In this document: positions 8,045 to 20,500 of the stretch, piece after piece
How positions within the stretch are numbered: the first letter of the stretch is position 1
Layout: each line of letters starts with the position of its first letter
Origin: a virus
Reading direction: 5' to 3' (one strand)
DNA length: 64,000 nucleotides
IMG/VR virus record: IMGVR_UViG_3300028384_001046
Coordinates: 1-64,000 of that record
Notes under the pieces: generated by a model
What the model was told of the DNA's origin: nothing
Databases searched by the model: none
What the model saw: only the letters and a program-made list of their open reading frames with translations
Made by a program: the position numbers and the translations under genes

Positions 8045-8106
8045 AAACTCTACCGGCGCGTTTTACCCGCGTCCGACCGCGAAAAACCTCTAAGTATTAC
8101 TAAATA

Positions 8107-8253
8107 ATGGCTGTAAGGAAAATGAGCAAGAGTGGTTCGACTTTTATCGAATCATCTCCCAAGAAAACTAGGCAAGGTAGTGGAAAAAACACAAAGTATT
8201 CTGCTACATCTGCAAACAATAAACGTAAACGTTATCGAGGACAAGGAAGGTAA
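8107..8253 (+). CDS. Small very basic protein (48 aa, ends KRKRYRGQGR)
   Basis: PKKTRQG...RYRGQG motif typical of cyanomyoviruses; TAAATA just upstream. Confidence 0.7.
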   Translation: MAVRKMSKSGSTFIESSPKKTRQGSGKNTKYSATSANNKRKRYRGQGR

Positions 8254-8408
8254 TGGAAGAAATTAAGTCTGGACCTAACGCATCTGATAGTGCTCCAAAT
8301 ATTGAAGGCACTAAAACATTTGGTTATGATGTTTCTGCTCAAGCTAAAAAGAAATCAGAAGAGTCCAGAAACGAAAAGAATCCCAACTCTCCTTTAGCCG
8401 CAGGATAA
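8253..8408 (+). CDS. Small hypothetical protein (51 aa)
   Basis: TAATG coupling. Confidence 0.55.
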   Translation: MEEIKSGPNASDSAPNIEGTKTFGYDVSAQAKKKSEESRNEKNPNSPLAAG

Positions 8409-8413
8409 CACAT

Positions 8414-9070
8414 ATGAGTTCATTAATTGTTAATCTCCCTGCACAAAAAGTGTGGGTTCGCAAAGAGTATTTGAGAGATTTACAAGATGGACATGGTGAA
8501 TTTGTTGAAGGCGTCTGGGTGTCGGCTAAGTCGATACCTGGACGTTCTTTTTATTTTGAGACATACTTGCCTGAATATGGTGCTATGTTTGATAAGTTAC
8601 CTATCAGTGCATTTGTATCTGAACCAAAGACTCCAGATCCTGATTTAGATCTTCCCAATTTGCAGTTTTGGAACTGTATGGATTATGGAGTTGTCAACGT
8701 GTGTAAACAATTTGTTGCATCAATGGATTGGCAAGTCAGAACAAGACACTTTGGGACAATTATGGGTACATATATTTGTACTCTAGATAATTATCACTCG
8801 GACTGTGACACTATTGACTACTCAACGAGCGAAATTCCACAGGAACATAAGTCATTTAACTTGATTGAATTGTCAAATGGTCAGTTTGCTTTGTATCCAA
8901 ACAACAGATGTCGTATTTTTGATGTGAGTTTAACACCCCAAGAGCCAAAAATACCCGATTTTAAAGTATCCACAGAATATTATCAGGTAGAAAATGGTGT
9001 TGATTGGGGTAGATTGGGTGATACTGATGAATATTTTTGGGAAACACCCGAAGAAAAGAGTAATAAATAA
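8414..9070 (+). CDS. Conserved cyanomyovirus hypothetical protein
   Basis: Long ORF with VRKEYL, LPISAF, EHKS and PNNR motifs. Confidence 0.8.
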   Translation: MSSLIVNLPAQKVWVRKEYLRDLQDGHGEFVEGVWVSAKSIPGRSFYFETYLPEYGAMFDKLPISAFVSEPKTPDPDLDLPNLQFWNCMDYGVVNVCKQFVASMDWQVRTRHFGTIMGTYICTLDNYHSDCDTIDYSTSEIPQEHKSFNLIELSNGQFALYPNNRCRIFDVSLTPQEPKIPDFKVSTEYYQVENGVDWGRLGDTDEYFWETPEEKSNK

Positions 9071-9128
9071 AAGGCAGAGATGGAACCTCTTAAAAAGTTC
9101 TGTTTATCAGAACTAATTTGGAGGATTT

Positions 9129-9290
9129 ATGTCAAATCACCCGATTCCCGACTCCTCTATGGAGCATATGATGGAAATGTGGGGTACTAGATACCTTATC
9201 ACTGATCCAAAATCAGATTATTATTTGAAACTGAATGAAAAAAAATCAGTAAAATCTGAAAATAATGGCATTGTCAAAAGGTCAAAATAA
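9129..9290 (+). CDS. Small hypothetical protein (53 aa)
   Basis: GGAGG RBS; WGTRYLITD motif. Confidence 0.55.
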   Translation: MSNHPIPDSSMEHMMEMWGTRYLITDPKSDYYLKLNEKKSVKSENNGIVKRSK

Positions 9291-9681
9291 AATATCTAGA
9301 GTTTTTAAGGACATTAGTCTCTCTTTTATCAAGCATCCTGTCACAAACGACATTGGAACGTTTAATGATCAGGATGCCATCAAAAGAGCTGTGACAAATT
9401 TGGTAAGAACTAAGCTTGGTGAGAGATTTTTTCAAAATTTGATCGGCAGTAATGTTGAAAATTCTATTTTTGAACAACCTTCGGAAGATTTGGCTGTAGG
9501 AATTGAGGAAGAAATTAGTTATTTGCTCGATAATTTTGAATCTAGAATCTCTAGTCCCAGAGTAAAGGTGACTTATCCACCAGATACCAATGATTTGTTA
9601 GTTCATATATCATATGAGATCGTAGGATTGCCCTTACCCACACAGAAAATCGAGTTTATTCTCCAATCTACTAGGATATAA
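9265..9681 (+). CDS. gp25: Baseplate wedge subunit gp25-like
   Basis: FKDISLSF..HPVTND, AIKRAVTNLVRT..GERFF motifs; synteny with gp6. Confidence 0.9.
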   Translation: MALSKGQNKISRVFKDISLSFIKHPVTNDIGTFNDQDAIKRAVTNLVRTKLGERFFQNLIGSNVENSIFEQPSEDLAVGIEEEISYLLDNFESRISSPRVKVTYPPDTNDLLVHISYEIVGLPLPTQKIEFILQSTRI

Positions 9682-10112
9682 TGTCATTTAATCAATTTAC
9701 AAACCTAGATTTTGATAGCCTTAAAGTTCAAATTAGGGATTATCTTCGTGCAAATAGCAATTTTACTGATTTTGACTTCGAGGGATCTAATTTTTCGGTT
9801 CTTATTGATCTTTTAGCTTATAATTCTTATGTCACGTCATATAATACCAATATGGCGGTCAATGAATGCTTTCTTGATAGTGCTACTTTAAGAGAAAATG
9901 TCGTTGCACTCTCAAGAAACATTGGATATGTACCTAGATCTAGCAGATCTTCCCGTGCAGTCATCAATTTTTCTGTAGATTTGGGTACAAATGATACCAG
10001 AATCGTAACTTTGAAGGCAGGAACCGTTGCACTCGGCGCTCAAGTCAACGGACAGTACGTATTTTCAATTCCTGACGACTTTGTTACAACAGTTGATAAT
10101 GGCATTTTTTGA
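9681..10112 (+). CDS. gp6: Baseplate wedge gp6, N-terminal part (frame breaks at ~10107-10112)
   Basis: LDFD...FTDFDFEGS..SVLIDLLAYN...FLDSATLRENVV motifs. Confidence 0.85.
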   Translation: MSFNQFTNLDFDSLKVQIRDYLRANSNFTDFDFEGSNFSVLIDLLAYNSYVTSYNTNMAVNECFLDSATLRENVVALSRNIGYVPRSSRSSRAVINFSVDLGTNDTRIVTLKAGTVALGAQVNGQYVFSIPDDFVTTVDNGIF

Positions 10113-11544
10113 AAATTTAAACATTTATGAGGGTGTTTATCTCACAAAAACATTTACGGTTGACTATTCTCTTCCAAATCAGAGATTTATTCTTCCAAAT
10201 TCCAATATTGATACAACTTCTATTCGTGTAAATGTAGAATCTACCACAAATGAAATTTATGAGTTATATGATAATATTCTGAGAGTTGATAATACCTCCA
10301 GATTATTCCTTGTTCAGGAAATTGAAGATGAAAAATATGAACTTCTTTTTGGAGATAATATTTTAGGCAAGAAACCTCCAGCAGGAGCTAAAATTACTGT
10401 AAGTTATATTGTTACGAATGGATCAACTGCTAATGGAGCATCAAATTTTACATTTAGCGGTATTCTAAAAGACGATACTGGATCTACAGTTACTGATGGC
10501 ATCTCTTTAATCTCTACAGAACAGTCATCAGAGGCCGGTGACGACATAGAGACTATCAATTCAATCAAATATTTGGCTCCTCGTATCTACGCAGCACAAT
10601 ACCGTGCAGTGACTGCAAACGACTATAGAGGTATTATTCCCTTCATATATCCTAACGTTGAATCTGTGACCGCCTACGGGGGTGAGGAGTTGAATCCACC
10701 CGAGTACGGTAAAGTGTTTATTTCCATAAAACCAAGAAATGGTTCTTTCTTATCTCAGGTAACAAAAGACCAGATTACTAGACAACTTAAACAATATTCT
10801 ATTGCTGGCATTAAACCAGAAATTGTTGATTTGAAATATCTTTATGTTGAAACTGATTCTGCAGTTTACTTTAATACTAACTCCGTTTTTGATCCTTCTG
10901 CATTGAGAACCAAAGTTTTTAATTCTCTTACTTTCTATTCTCAGTCTACTGACATCAATAGTTTCGGTGGGAGATTTAAATATAGTAAAATCGTTGGACT
11001 TATCGATGATACTGATCAAGGCATTACTTCCAATATTACAAAGGTAAAAATTAGAAGAGATTTGAATCCTGAAATTGGATTATTTGCAACTTATGAATTG
11101 TGTTTTGGTAATGCGTTTTTTGTTAATTCTGACGGGTACTCCGTAAGATCAACCGGCTTTGAAGTTAGTGGTATTGGTGGAAAGTTATATCTTGCCGACA
11201 TTCCTATCAGTAAAACTAGAGGAAAAATTATTTTCTTCAAATTGGAAAATAATGAACCAATTATTGTCAAAAATAATGCGGGAACGGTTAAGTATGACGA
11301 AGGAGAGGTTCTTTTAGATGTGGTAAATATAACAGGAACTTCTTTAAGTAACGGAACAGTTCAAGTAGAAGCTATTCCAGAGTCTAATGATATCATTGCT
11401 TTGAAAGACATTTACTTACAATATGATATTGCAAATAGCAAAGTAAGTGCTCTTAATGATGTTGTTTCCTCTGGTGAAAATACTTCTGCTACATCATATG
11501 TCGTAACTTCCAGTTATTCCGACGAAGGATATATCAGATCGTAA
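10099..11544 (+). CDS. gp6: Baseplate wedge gp6, C-terminal part (+1 frame)
   Basis: YELLFGD, APRIYAAQYRAVTANDY, GGEELNPPEYGKVFISIKP motifs; in-frame ATG at 10099. Confidence 0.85.
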   Translation: MAFFENLNIYEGVYLTKTFTVDYSLPNQRFILPNSNIDTTSIRVNVESTTNEIYELYDNILRVDNTSRLFLVQEIEDEKYELLFGDNILGKKPPAGAKITVSYIVTNGSTANGASNFTFSGILKDDTGSTVTDGISLISTEQSSEAGDDIETINSIKYLAPRIYAAQYRAVTANDYRGIIPFIYPNVESVTAYGGEELNPPEYGKVFISIKPRNGSFLSQVTKDQITRQLKQYSIAGIKPEIVDLKYLYVETDSAVYFNTNSVFDPSALRTKVFNSLTFYSQSTDINSFGGRFKYSKIVGLIDDTDQGITSNITKVKIRRDLNPEIGLFATYELCFGNAFFVNSDGYSVRSTGFEVSGIGGKLYLADIPISKTRGKIIFFKLENNEPIIVKNNAGTVKYDEGEVLLDVVNITGTSLSNGTVQVEAIPESNDIIALKDIYLQYDIANSKVSALNDVVSSGENTSATSYVVTSSYSDEGYIRS

Positions 11545-11545
11545 A

Positions 11546-14500
11546 ATGCCTGAACTAAACAAAGTTAAAATCTCTCAACTAATTGAGTCGCAGATTCCTT
11601 CTTTTCTTAATGAGGAATCTCCTCTTTTTGCCGAGTTTTTAAAACAGTATTATATTTCTCAGGAACATCAATCTGGTGTTACGGATATTGCTGTCAATCT
11701 TCCAGATTATAAAAAGATAAGTAGTTTTAATAATGAAACTCTTGTTCCATATAATGTCCTATTAGAAGATATTTTTGCTGCGGATGATACTATCACGGTT
11801 CAGTCTACTGTTGGATGGCCAGATAGTTATGGACTTTTAAAAATTGATAATGAAATTATTACATATAAATCAAAAACTAGTAATCAGTTTTTGGATTGTA
11901 GCAGGGGTTTTAGTGCAATCAATAAAATTAAACAGGATGTTAATTCTGAGTTTTTAGAATTTTCTGATTCTGAAGCTGAAGAGCATTCTTCTGGGTCTTT
12001 AGTATATAATTTAAGTAACTTATTTTTGCAAGAATTCTTTTCTAAGTTTAAGAAAGAATTCTTACCTGGATTTGAGAATAGATCTTTTGTTACTGGAACT
12101 TCGGTTCAAAATATTCTTACAAGAGCTAAGGACTTTTATTCTGCAAAAGGAACAGATTCTTCATATCAGATTCTTTTCAAACTTCTGTATGGAGAAGAAA
12201 TTCAACTAATTAAACCTATTGATGATACTATTGCTGCTTCATCAAACGTATATTTTAAAACTAAAAATGTTCTTGTAGAGAATCTTTTTGATGGAGATCC
12301 TCTAAGAACGGTAGGTAACTTCTTATTCCAGGATGTAAGCGGAATTGGAACGGTAAGTGCTTCGATTTATAACGTAGAATATAGACCAATTGATAGGAAA
12401 GATTTTTATGAAATTTCTTTAGACTCTTCTTCTTTCTCTGGAAATTTTGAGGTTCCTGGCAAAACAAAAACATTAGAAGGAATCCCTCAGTTTTCAAACA
12501 ATATTCTTGTAGACTCTACCATTGGATTTGATCAACAGGGATCACTTCTAATTAAACCAACTACAGATTCTAATTTTATTGAAGTATCTTATACAGACAA
12601 GACAATTAATCAGTTTCTGGGTGTTAGTGGTATTTCTACTGATTTGGTTTTTGGTGCTGAGATTTTTGAAGACAAATTAGCTTTTGCATATGCTGGACTT
12701 GGGCAGACATCTCTAGCACAGTTGAGAATTGTCAATATAATTGATAGTATTGATACAAATGATACTGCCAATATGTCAGTTGGTGATAGTTTGAAACTAT
12801 CTACATTTGGCGTTAATAGAGGAAAAGATTCTCAATTTAATAGTTGGATCTACAATATCCCCACTATTCACAATATCAAAAGTGTCGATCAACTCAATGT
12901 TAACACATTCAGAATTACTCTTTTTGACTTTGTTGTATTTTACATTGGAGAGAAACTTAATATTTCTGATGGTATAAGAGAAATACAATCAGAAGTTAAG
13001 GATATTGAATATGATTCATCTAATGATGAGAAAAGATTAAGCGATAAAGTTGTAGTCCAGGTTTCCTCTAATATTCCATCTAATCCCACTCTTCTTAAGA
13101 AAACTATTGTTAAGGCAGAGCATAATCTAGGAAGATTTCCAGAAATAACTAAGTTTCCTATTGGAATTCAAAATAGTTACATATCTGCAGATGGACAGGA
13201 TTATTTTATTACATCTGCGGGCATTCCTAACTATCCGATATTTGCAACTGATAATAGAAAGTTTGTTAAGACTGATATTAATGAGTCAACCGATGATAAT
13301 GGGACACCTATCAATGGTGGCGGATTTACATACTTATTCAAATCTGTTGATCCTGGATCATCTGAAGCAGAGGGAACTCTTGCTTTAAATGCTGGTGATG
13401 TTTCAATCAGACATAATTATAAAACTGGAGAAAAAATCTTCTGGGATAACATTTACAACAGTGGAATTCAAACAGGCGTTTATTTTGTTACTGCTATAAG
13501 TGAAACTGAGTTTTATTTGTCCTTTAGCGGGTCTGATGTTTTTTCTAAAAAGTATATTCCAGTAAGAACTGATTCTAGGGGGCAGTTTATTGTAAAATCT
13601 GGATATGAGGGACGAGAACTATCGCATCAAAAAATTCTAAGAAAATTTCCATATGAGAGAAAGGTTGATTTCTTTGATGATCCAAATAAACGAAGTGTTA
13701 AAAACAGACCTATTGGTATATTAGCAAATGGTGTTGAAATTTTTCCACCAACAGTATTTGATGAGCAGATTTATTACGGTGATGTTGTTAATATTAAAGT
13801 AACTAATAGAGGAAAAGACTATGATGTAATAAATGGACCAGAATTAGTAATTCAAGATCAGAATGGTAGTGGATGCGAAGCTTTTGCAAATGTTAGTGGG
13901 TCTTTTCGTGAAGTAAGATTGGTTTCTCCTGGAATTGGATATCAGGAGAAACCAAAGATTACTATTGAGGGTGGAAATGGAACTGGTGCTGTTCTTGAAT
14001 CTAATTTTGTAAAAGGAAAACTTACTGTCAATTTTAAAGCTGATGGATCATCTGTAAATTCAAACTCGGAAACTATAGATTTCCCAACTAGACACAACTT
14101 CGAGATTGGCGAAGAAGTTTTTTATGATTCTAGAGGCAACACTCCTATTGGTAATTTAATTAGTGGTGCTACTTATTTTGTTAGACCAGTTGACGACCAA
14201 ACAATATCTTTATATGAGACTTTTAGGGATGCTGTTAATGGATCCAATGTTGTTAATATTGGATCTCCAAGTTTTGGTTTCCATAAATTTACATCTACTA
14301 AATCTAGAAATACTATTACGAGAGTCTACGTAAGAGAACCAGGACAAGGATATTCAAACAGAAAAGTTATTGTTCCATCTAGAAATACTGCTGCTGGAAC
14401 AAGATCTGGCATTGACACTTCTGATAATTATGTCTATGCCCGTGAACATAATTTCAAAACTGGAGATGTAGTTAGGTATTCATCAACTGAATCTTTAATT

Positions 14501-17500
14501 AGTGGATTAAGTTCTACTACGGAATATTATGTACGAGTGCTTGATGATAATAGATTCAAGTTATATGATGTTGGAATTGGCACTACAAGAGATACTACTA
14601 ATTTTACAAAAAATAAAGAATCTATTTTTGGTGATTTTGGATCTGGAGATCATAAGATTTATTATCCTCCCATTGTAGTAAAAGTGGAATCTATTTCTGC
14701 TATTGGTGCTACAACTATTATTCAACCACAACTGGATCCAGTTGTTCTCGGTGAAATCGATAGTGTTTTCTTGCGAGAGGGTGGAATTGGATATGGATCT
14801 ACAAATATTGTAGATTTCCATAGAAGACCAAATGTTGGAATTTCTACGATTATCTTTAGATCACTTCTAAAGCCCGTTATTGTCGGTGGAAGTATTGTAG
14901 ATGTCCAAATTCTTGCAAGTGGAAGGGGATACAGAAAAGACTCTGACATCTTTGTTTTTGGAAAAGGCGATTTTGCTCAAATTAATCCAATCATCGAAGA
15001 TGGTGGAATTATTGGAGTCAAAATTCTTGACGGCGGTGCTGGATATGATGATAATACTGTTTTGGATCTTCAGAATCGAGGAACCGATGCCAAATTCATT
15101 GCCGATGTCAGAGAGTGGAAGTTAAATCAAGTAGTTACTTCTTCCGAGGTTATTAGTGAGGAAGATGGTTGTTTGCTTAGACCATCTACCGATCCAGATC
15201 TTGGTCTTCAACCCATTTCGATGTATCCTCCAAGAAAATTGAGATATCAACTTGGGGATAATATTGATGCTGGTAATTTGGAACTATCTCAAAATGCTAT
15301 CCACTCTCCGATTCTTGGGTGGGCATATGATGGCAATCCAATTTATGGTCCGTATGGATATGAAAATGAAACTGGGGGTTCTATAGTAAGACTTACCAGT
15401 GGGTATATTTTAAACGATGAAAATCTTGATGGATTAAGACCTCCAGGATACTCTTTGGGTTATTTTACAAATGATTATATTTTTAATAATTCTGGAGATC
15501 TTGATGTGCATGGAGGAAGATATTGCGTAACACCGCAATTCCCCAATGGAACATATGCATATTTTTATAGTATTGATGTTGATTCAAGTGGCGTTGCTGA
15601 ACCCAGATATCCATATCTCCTTGGAACAAAATTCAAAGATTCTCCTGTTGAGGAAAATTTTAATACGTTTTTTAATCAGGACATTGATATTTTCAATAAT
15701 AATTTATCTAGGAATACTGGTCCATATTTTCTTGAATTTGGAAATTCCAACTATGATTTGATTGATCGGGTTGATGATTCATATAACCAAAAATTCTATG
15801 TTGAAAACGTAAAAACATCTGGCATAGGATCTGTGAGTATATTCAGTAGAGGAACTGGATATAAAGTAAATGATGTTTTGAATATTGATAATACGGGAAC
15901 AGATGGATCTAGTGCTAGTGTTATAGTATCATCTATTTTGGGTAAAGATATATCAAATATATCTGTTGGAATTTCAACTTATGTTGATACGGAACTTAGA
16001 GTTAATGGTAGGAGTATTGTTGGAGTCACTACGGTTCCACATGATATCAATAATGGCGAAACTGTTATTTTATCTGGTATTACGACGGCTAGATTTTCTC
16101 CATTTTTTGGAGAACAAAAAGTTTCTGTCCCATCTAGACGTGTTGGGCTTTCTAGTTTTGTTCCAAATGTTAGTACAACAGGAATAACGACATTCATATC
16201 TGTAACTGATACTTTTGGGTTTAGACCTGGTGATCACATTGGTGTTGGAACAGAAACAATGGTGATTACGGATATTGATTTGAAATTTAAGAGATTTCGG
16301 GTCAATCGTGAAAATTATGTTGGAATGGCAGTTACTCATTTACCTTCAGACAACTCAGTTTTTCTGAAACCAGTTGAGTTTGAATTTAGTGCTGGAGAAA
16401 ATGTATTTTCATATTCAGTGAAACCAAATAGAGTTTTATATTTCTCTCCAGAGGAAACAGTTGGTATAGGCTCTACTGGATCGATTTATGATGTAATTAA
16501 TACGGGAATTGGTAGTGTTGTTTCTCAAAGTTATGATACTAGATATGTTAGGGAAAGATCAATTTTTATTCCCAATCATGGATTAAAAACTGGACAACCA
16601 ATAGAGTATAATATTGGTATTGGTGGAACTTCAATTGTAACAGCTAAAACATCCGCAGGATCTACTTCTGGTGTTGGAACAAGTAGATTGCAGAATGGAT
16701 CCACCGTATATGCTGTTAATTTTGGTACAAACTATCTTGGTTTATCTACGACTGGATTTACTACTATTGGGGATGCTTTATATTTCTTTGACATAGCATC
16801 TAACATTGGATATGCCCATTCGTTTACTACAAAATTTCCAAGAGTTAATGCTCGTGTAGAGAGATACTATACTGAAGTTACTACTGTTGATAATCATGAA
16901 TTAGTTGATAATGATATTATTAAATTAGATTCTTCACCAGTTCAGGTAGAGAATGAAAAAATTGTGTTTGATCCCATAATTGGGAAAATTACAACTGGCA
17001 AAGTTAGCTTTGGAAATACAGATGTTTCTGCAGATTTAACTTCAATTAATATTGATGATGAAACATTCCAGAGTGGCGACAAAGTAGTATTTTATGCTAC
17101 TGATGGAAATGTTATTGGTGGACTTGAAAACAACCAAACTTATTTTGTTCTTCGTGAAGATCCAAAAAATATTAAGTTGGTAAAATACAAATCAGATGTT
17201 GTAGATTCAAATCCCATTGTATTTACTTCCGTTCCAATCGGAACATACCAAATTGCTAAAATAAATCCACCACTGAATTTTACCAAAGGAAATACAATAA
17301 TCATTGATGTATCTGATGTTTCCTTGAGTGAAATGAAATTTGAGGTTTTCTCTGATATCAATTATCTCAATAACTTGGAAGTTACTAATGATAATGGATT
17401 TGCTATCAAACGAGAGGGAGAACCTGGTGAAGATGGTTCTACAGTAACGATTGATACTAGGAGAGGATATCCCAATAAAAGTTTCTATACATTAACTCCT

Positions 17501-20500
17501 GTTATTCCATCTGATGATAGAAAACTAAGTGTTATTTCTGATATTGATGTTTTGGGTAGAAACAGCATTACTTTAAATGAATTGGTGATGAATGGATTTA
17601 AACCTGTTACTGTTATTGACAATAAAAAATTCACATATAATCTTGATAGAAAACCTCTGGAAAGTCAAAAGTATTTTTCTAGATTGGGTGTTAGTACCAT
17701 TTTTTATGAAACGACTTCCAGAAATGCTACTGGACCAGTATATTCAACTAAGACTACTTTTCCTGGTAGGGGATACAAATCTATTCCTTCTACTAATGGA
17801 TTTTCTAGTCAATCTGGAATTAATGCGGCTGTTAAAATTATTTCTAATGAAATTGGACAAATTGAATCTTTAGGCAGAATTAAGGATGGATTTGATTATC
17901 CAACTGATCCAACTTTGCTTCCATTTTTGAGTGTTCCAGCGATTATTGATGTTGGAGGTATTCAAAGAATTGGTAACATTGATGTTATTGATGGAGGTGT
18001 AAATTATACTCAACCTCCCAATTTAGTTGTGAGGGGTAATGATACTGTTGATTTGCAAGCGAGGTTAAATGGAAGCTCTATTGATAAGGTATTTGTTCTT
18101 CAGAATGCTTTTGAATTTGATGAACCGCTAAGTATTATTCCAGTACAAAACTCTAATGGATTTGATATTGATCAAATTACTCACAATGGAGACACTGTAA
18201 CTCTTGAACTTCTTTTGGATGCTCAGTTCAATATTCCAGTCAGAACTGGATATGGATCAACTGATATTGAATTCCCATTTGAAGTTGGAGACTCTATTTT
18301 TATTGAGGGATGTAGATTGACACCCGAATCTTTTGATGCTGGTGACATTAACTTCAACTCAGAAAGATTTGATTATAGATTCTTTACTGTTACTGGAGTT
18401 GATACTAATAATTTTACTCTCACATATAGTCTTGCTGGAATTAACACGGGAATATTGGGTGCTTATGATGATGATTTTGGACTTGGATATGTTGTTAATT
18501 ATAAGGACATGGCTAAGTTCCGAATGAATCTTGTTAACGATGCAAAGTTCTTATCGGAAGAAAGAATTACTTCTAACACATTTGAAGGATTTGTATCTCC
18601 TAATGGTTGGAATAGTAGATTGAATCAACTTAGACTCTCTAATTCTTCTGGCAATTTATCTGTTGGTGATATCATTTATGGAGAACAATCTACTATTTTG
18701 GGTAGAGTAGAAGCTGTTAACAAATTTAATGTAAGAACTACATTAGGAGTTAGTAGAGAAAAAGTTGCTAAAAATGATAATAGTTCTGGAATTCTAAATG
18801 ATTTTAGTCAAAGAATTTCTGACAACGCATATTATCAGAAATTCTCATATTCTATTAAAGGTAGAGTTCCATATAATACTTGGAGAGAATCTGTAAGATC
18901 TATTGTTCATCCATCGGGATTTCAAGAATTTTGTGATCTTGAGGTTATAAGCACGCCGACTGATAATGTTGGAAGTGCTAGATCTACAACAATGAAAGTG
19001 AAACCCGATTCTACTTCAGTTGAATTGCTTGTAAATATTGATAATGATATTTACTTGCAGGAGAGACAAAATTTTGCTCTTGTAACCGAAGATGATCAAG
19101 CTAGGGATGGAAGTATTCAACGTATTTTCTTTCCAGAAGGCAGACCAATTAAAAGTTATATTTTAAATAAGACCAATAAAGTTTTGTTGATAGATGATAT
19201 TTCTGATGGATTTAATGGTGATCATGATAGAACAGGAACATTGGTAGGAAATACTGGATTCAAACTTAAAAGTAATGGTAAACCATTATTCAAAGCAGTA
19301 TTTGATGCTTCTGATAGTAAAGTCGTTGATATTACAGATAACATTATTAATATACAAAATCACAATTTCCAAACTGGTCAAGAACTATTTTATGATCGCC
19401 AAGGTGGAGGTGAAATTGGAATTGCAACAACATCTCATGCTTCGGGAGTCCGAGATATTGTGATGAATGTTGAATCTGCATTGGCTGGTTCTGGAGCAAT
19501 GTTTGAGAATGGTTATAATATAGAAATTCCAGAAGGTGGTGTTACTGGTGTTGGTACTATAGTCAATCCCATTGTCACATTTGTTGTATATGGATTTGGA
19601 AGTCCTGATGGTGGACTTCCTGGTATTTCGACCAGAGGAACTGGTGCTAGATTCCAAGTCAAATTCACTTATGAACAAAGCACAGGTCAACCTATTTCTA
19701 CAAATGTTATTCTTACTAAAGGTGGAACTGGATACTATGTTGGTGACAATGTAAGTATTGCTGGTACACATCTTGGCGGAACAACTCCTGCAAACGATCT
19801 TACATTCCCCGTAACACGTATTACTGGTACTAGAACTGGTATTACCACTACTTACCTAGACGTACCATCTACTAGTGATTTGAGCGGTACTGGGGCACGT
19901 TTTAACGTTACTCGCGATTCCAACTTGGATGTCGAAAGTATTGTCGTTGTTAGTGGTGGTAGTGGTTATGTAAGCACCGAAACTATTTCCATTGCTGGAA
20001 CTTATATCGGAGGCAGCGGATCCCTTGACGATCTTCTTTGCACACCAGTTGAACTGGGAACTACTACTATTCCTGAAATTGTTTTCTGTCAGAAAATTGA
20101 TGATGTTAAGTTTAAGATTAGTGGATTGTCTACTTCTTTGCCTCTTAATTTTACTGGACTTGGTACGGGAACTCACAAGTTCAGAATTTCAGATCCTACT
20201 TCAGATGCATTAATTTTAATTGATAATATTATTCAGAGCCCTATTAGAAATAAAAAACTTGAAGTTGGCATTGGATCTCCTATTGGAATCTTTGACCAGA
20301 GTATTGTTGTCAGTTCTGGAATTGGTTCACTCGCTTCTGGTGATATTATTAAATCTGGTGATGAGTTCATGAAGGTTAAACAGATTGGCGACAGTGTTTT
20401 TGTTCAGGGTAGAAGAGCTGAAATTGAAAATACTGTGGATAATAATTTTTATTATGATGTAAATAGAATGAATTCTACTATTACTAGTACTGATGAAACT

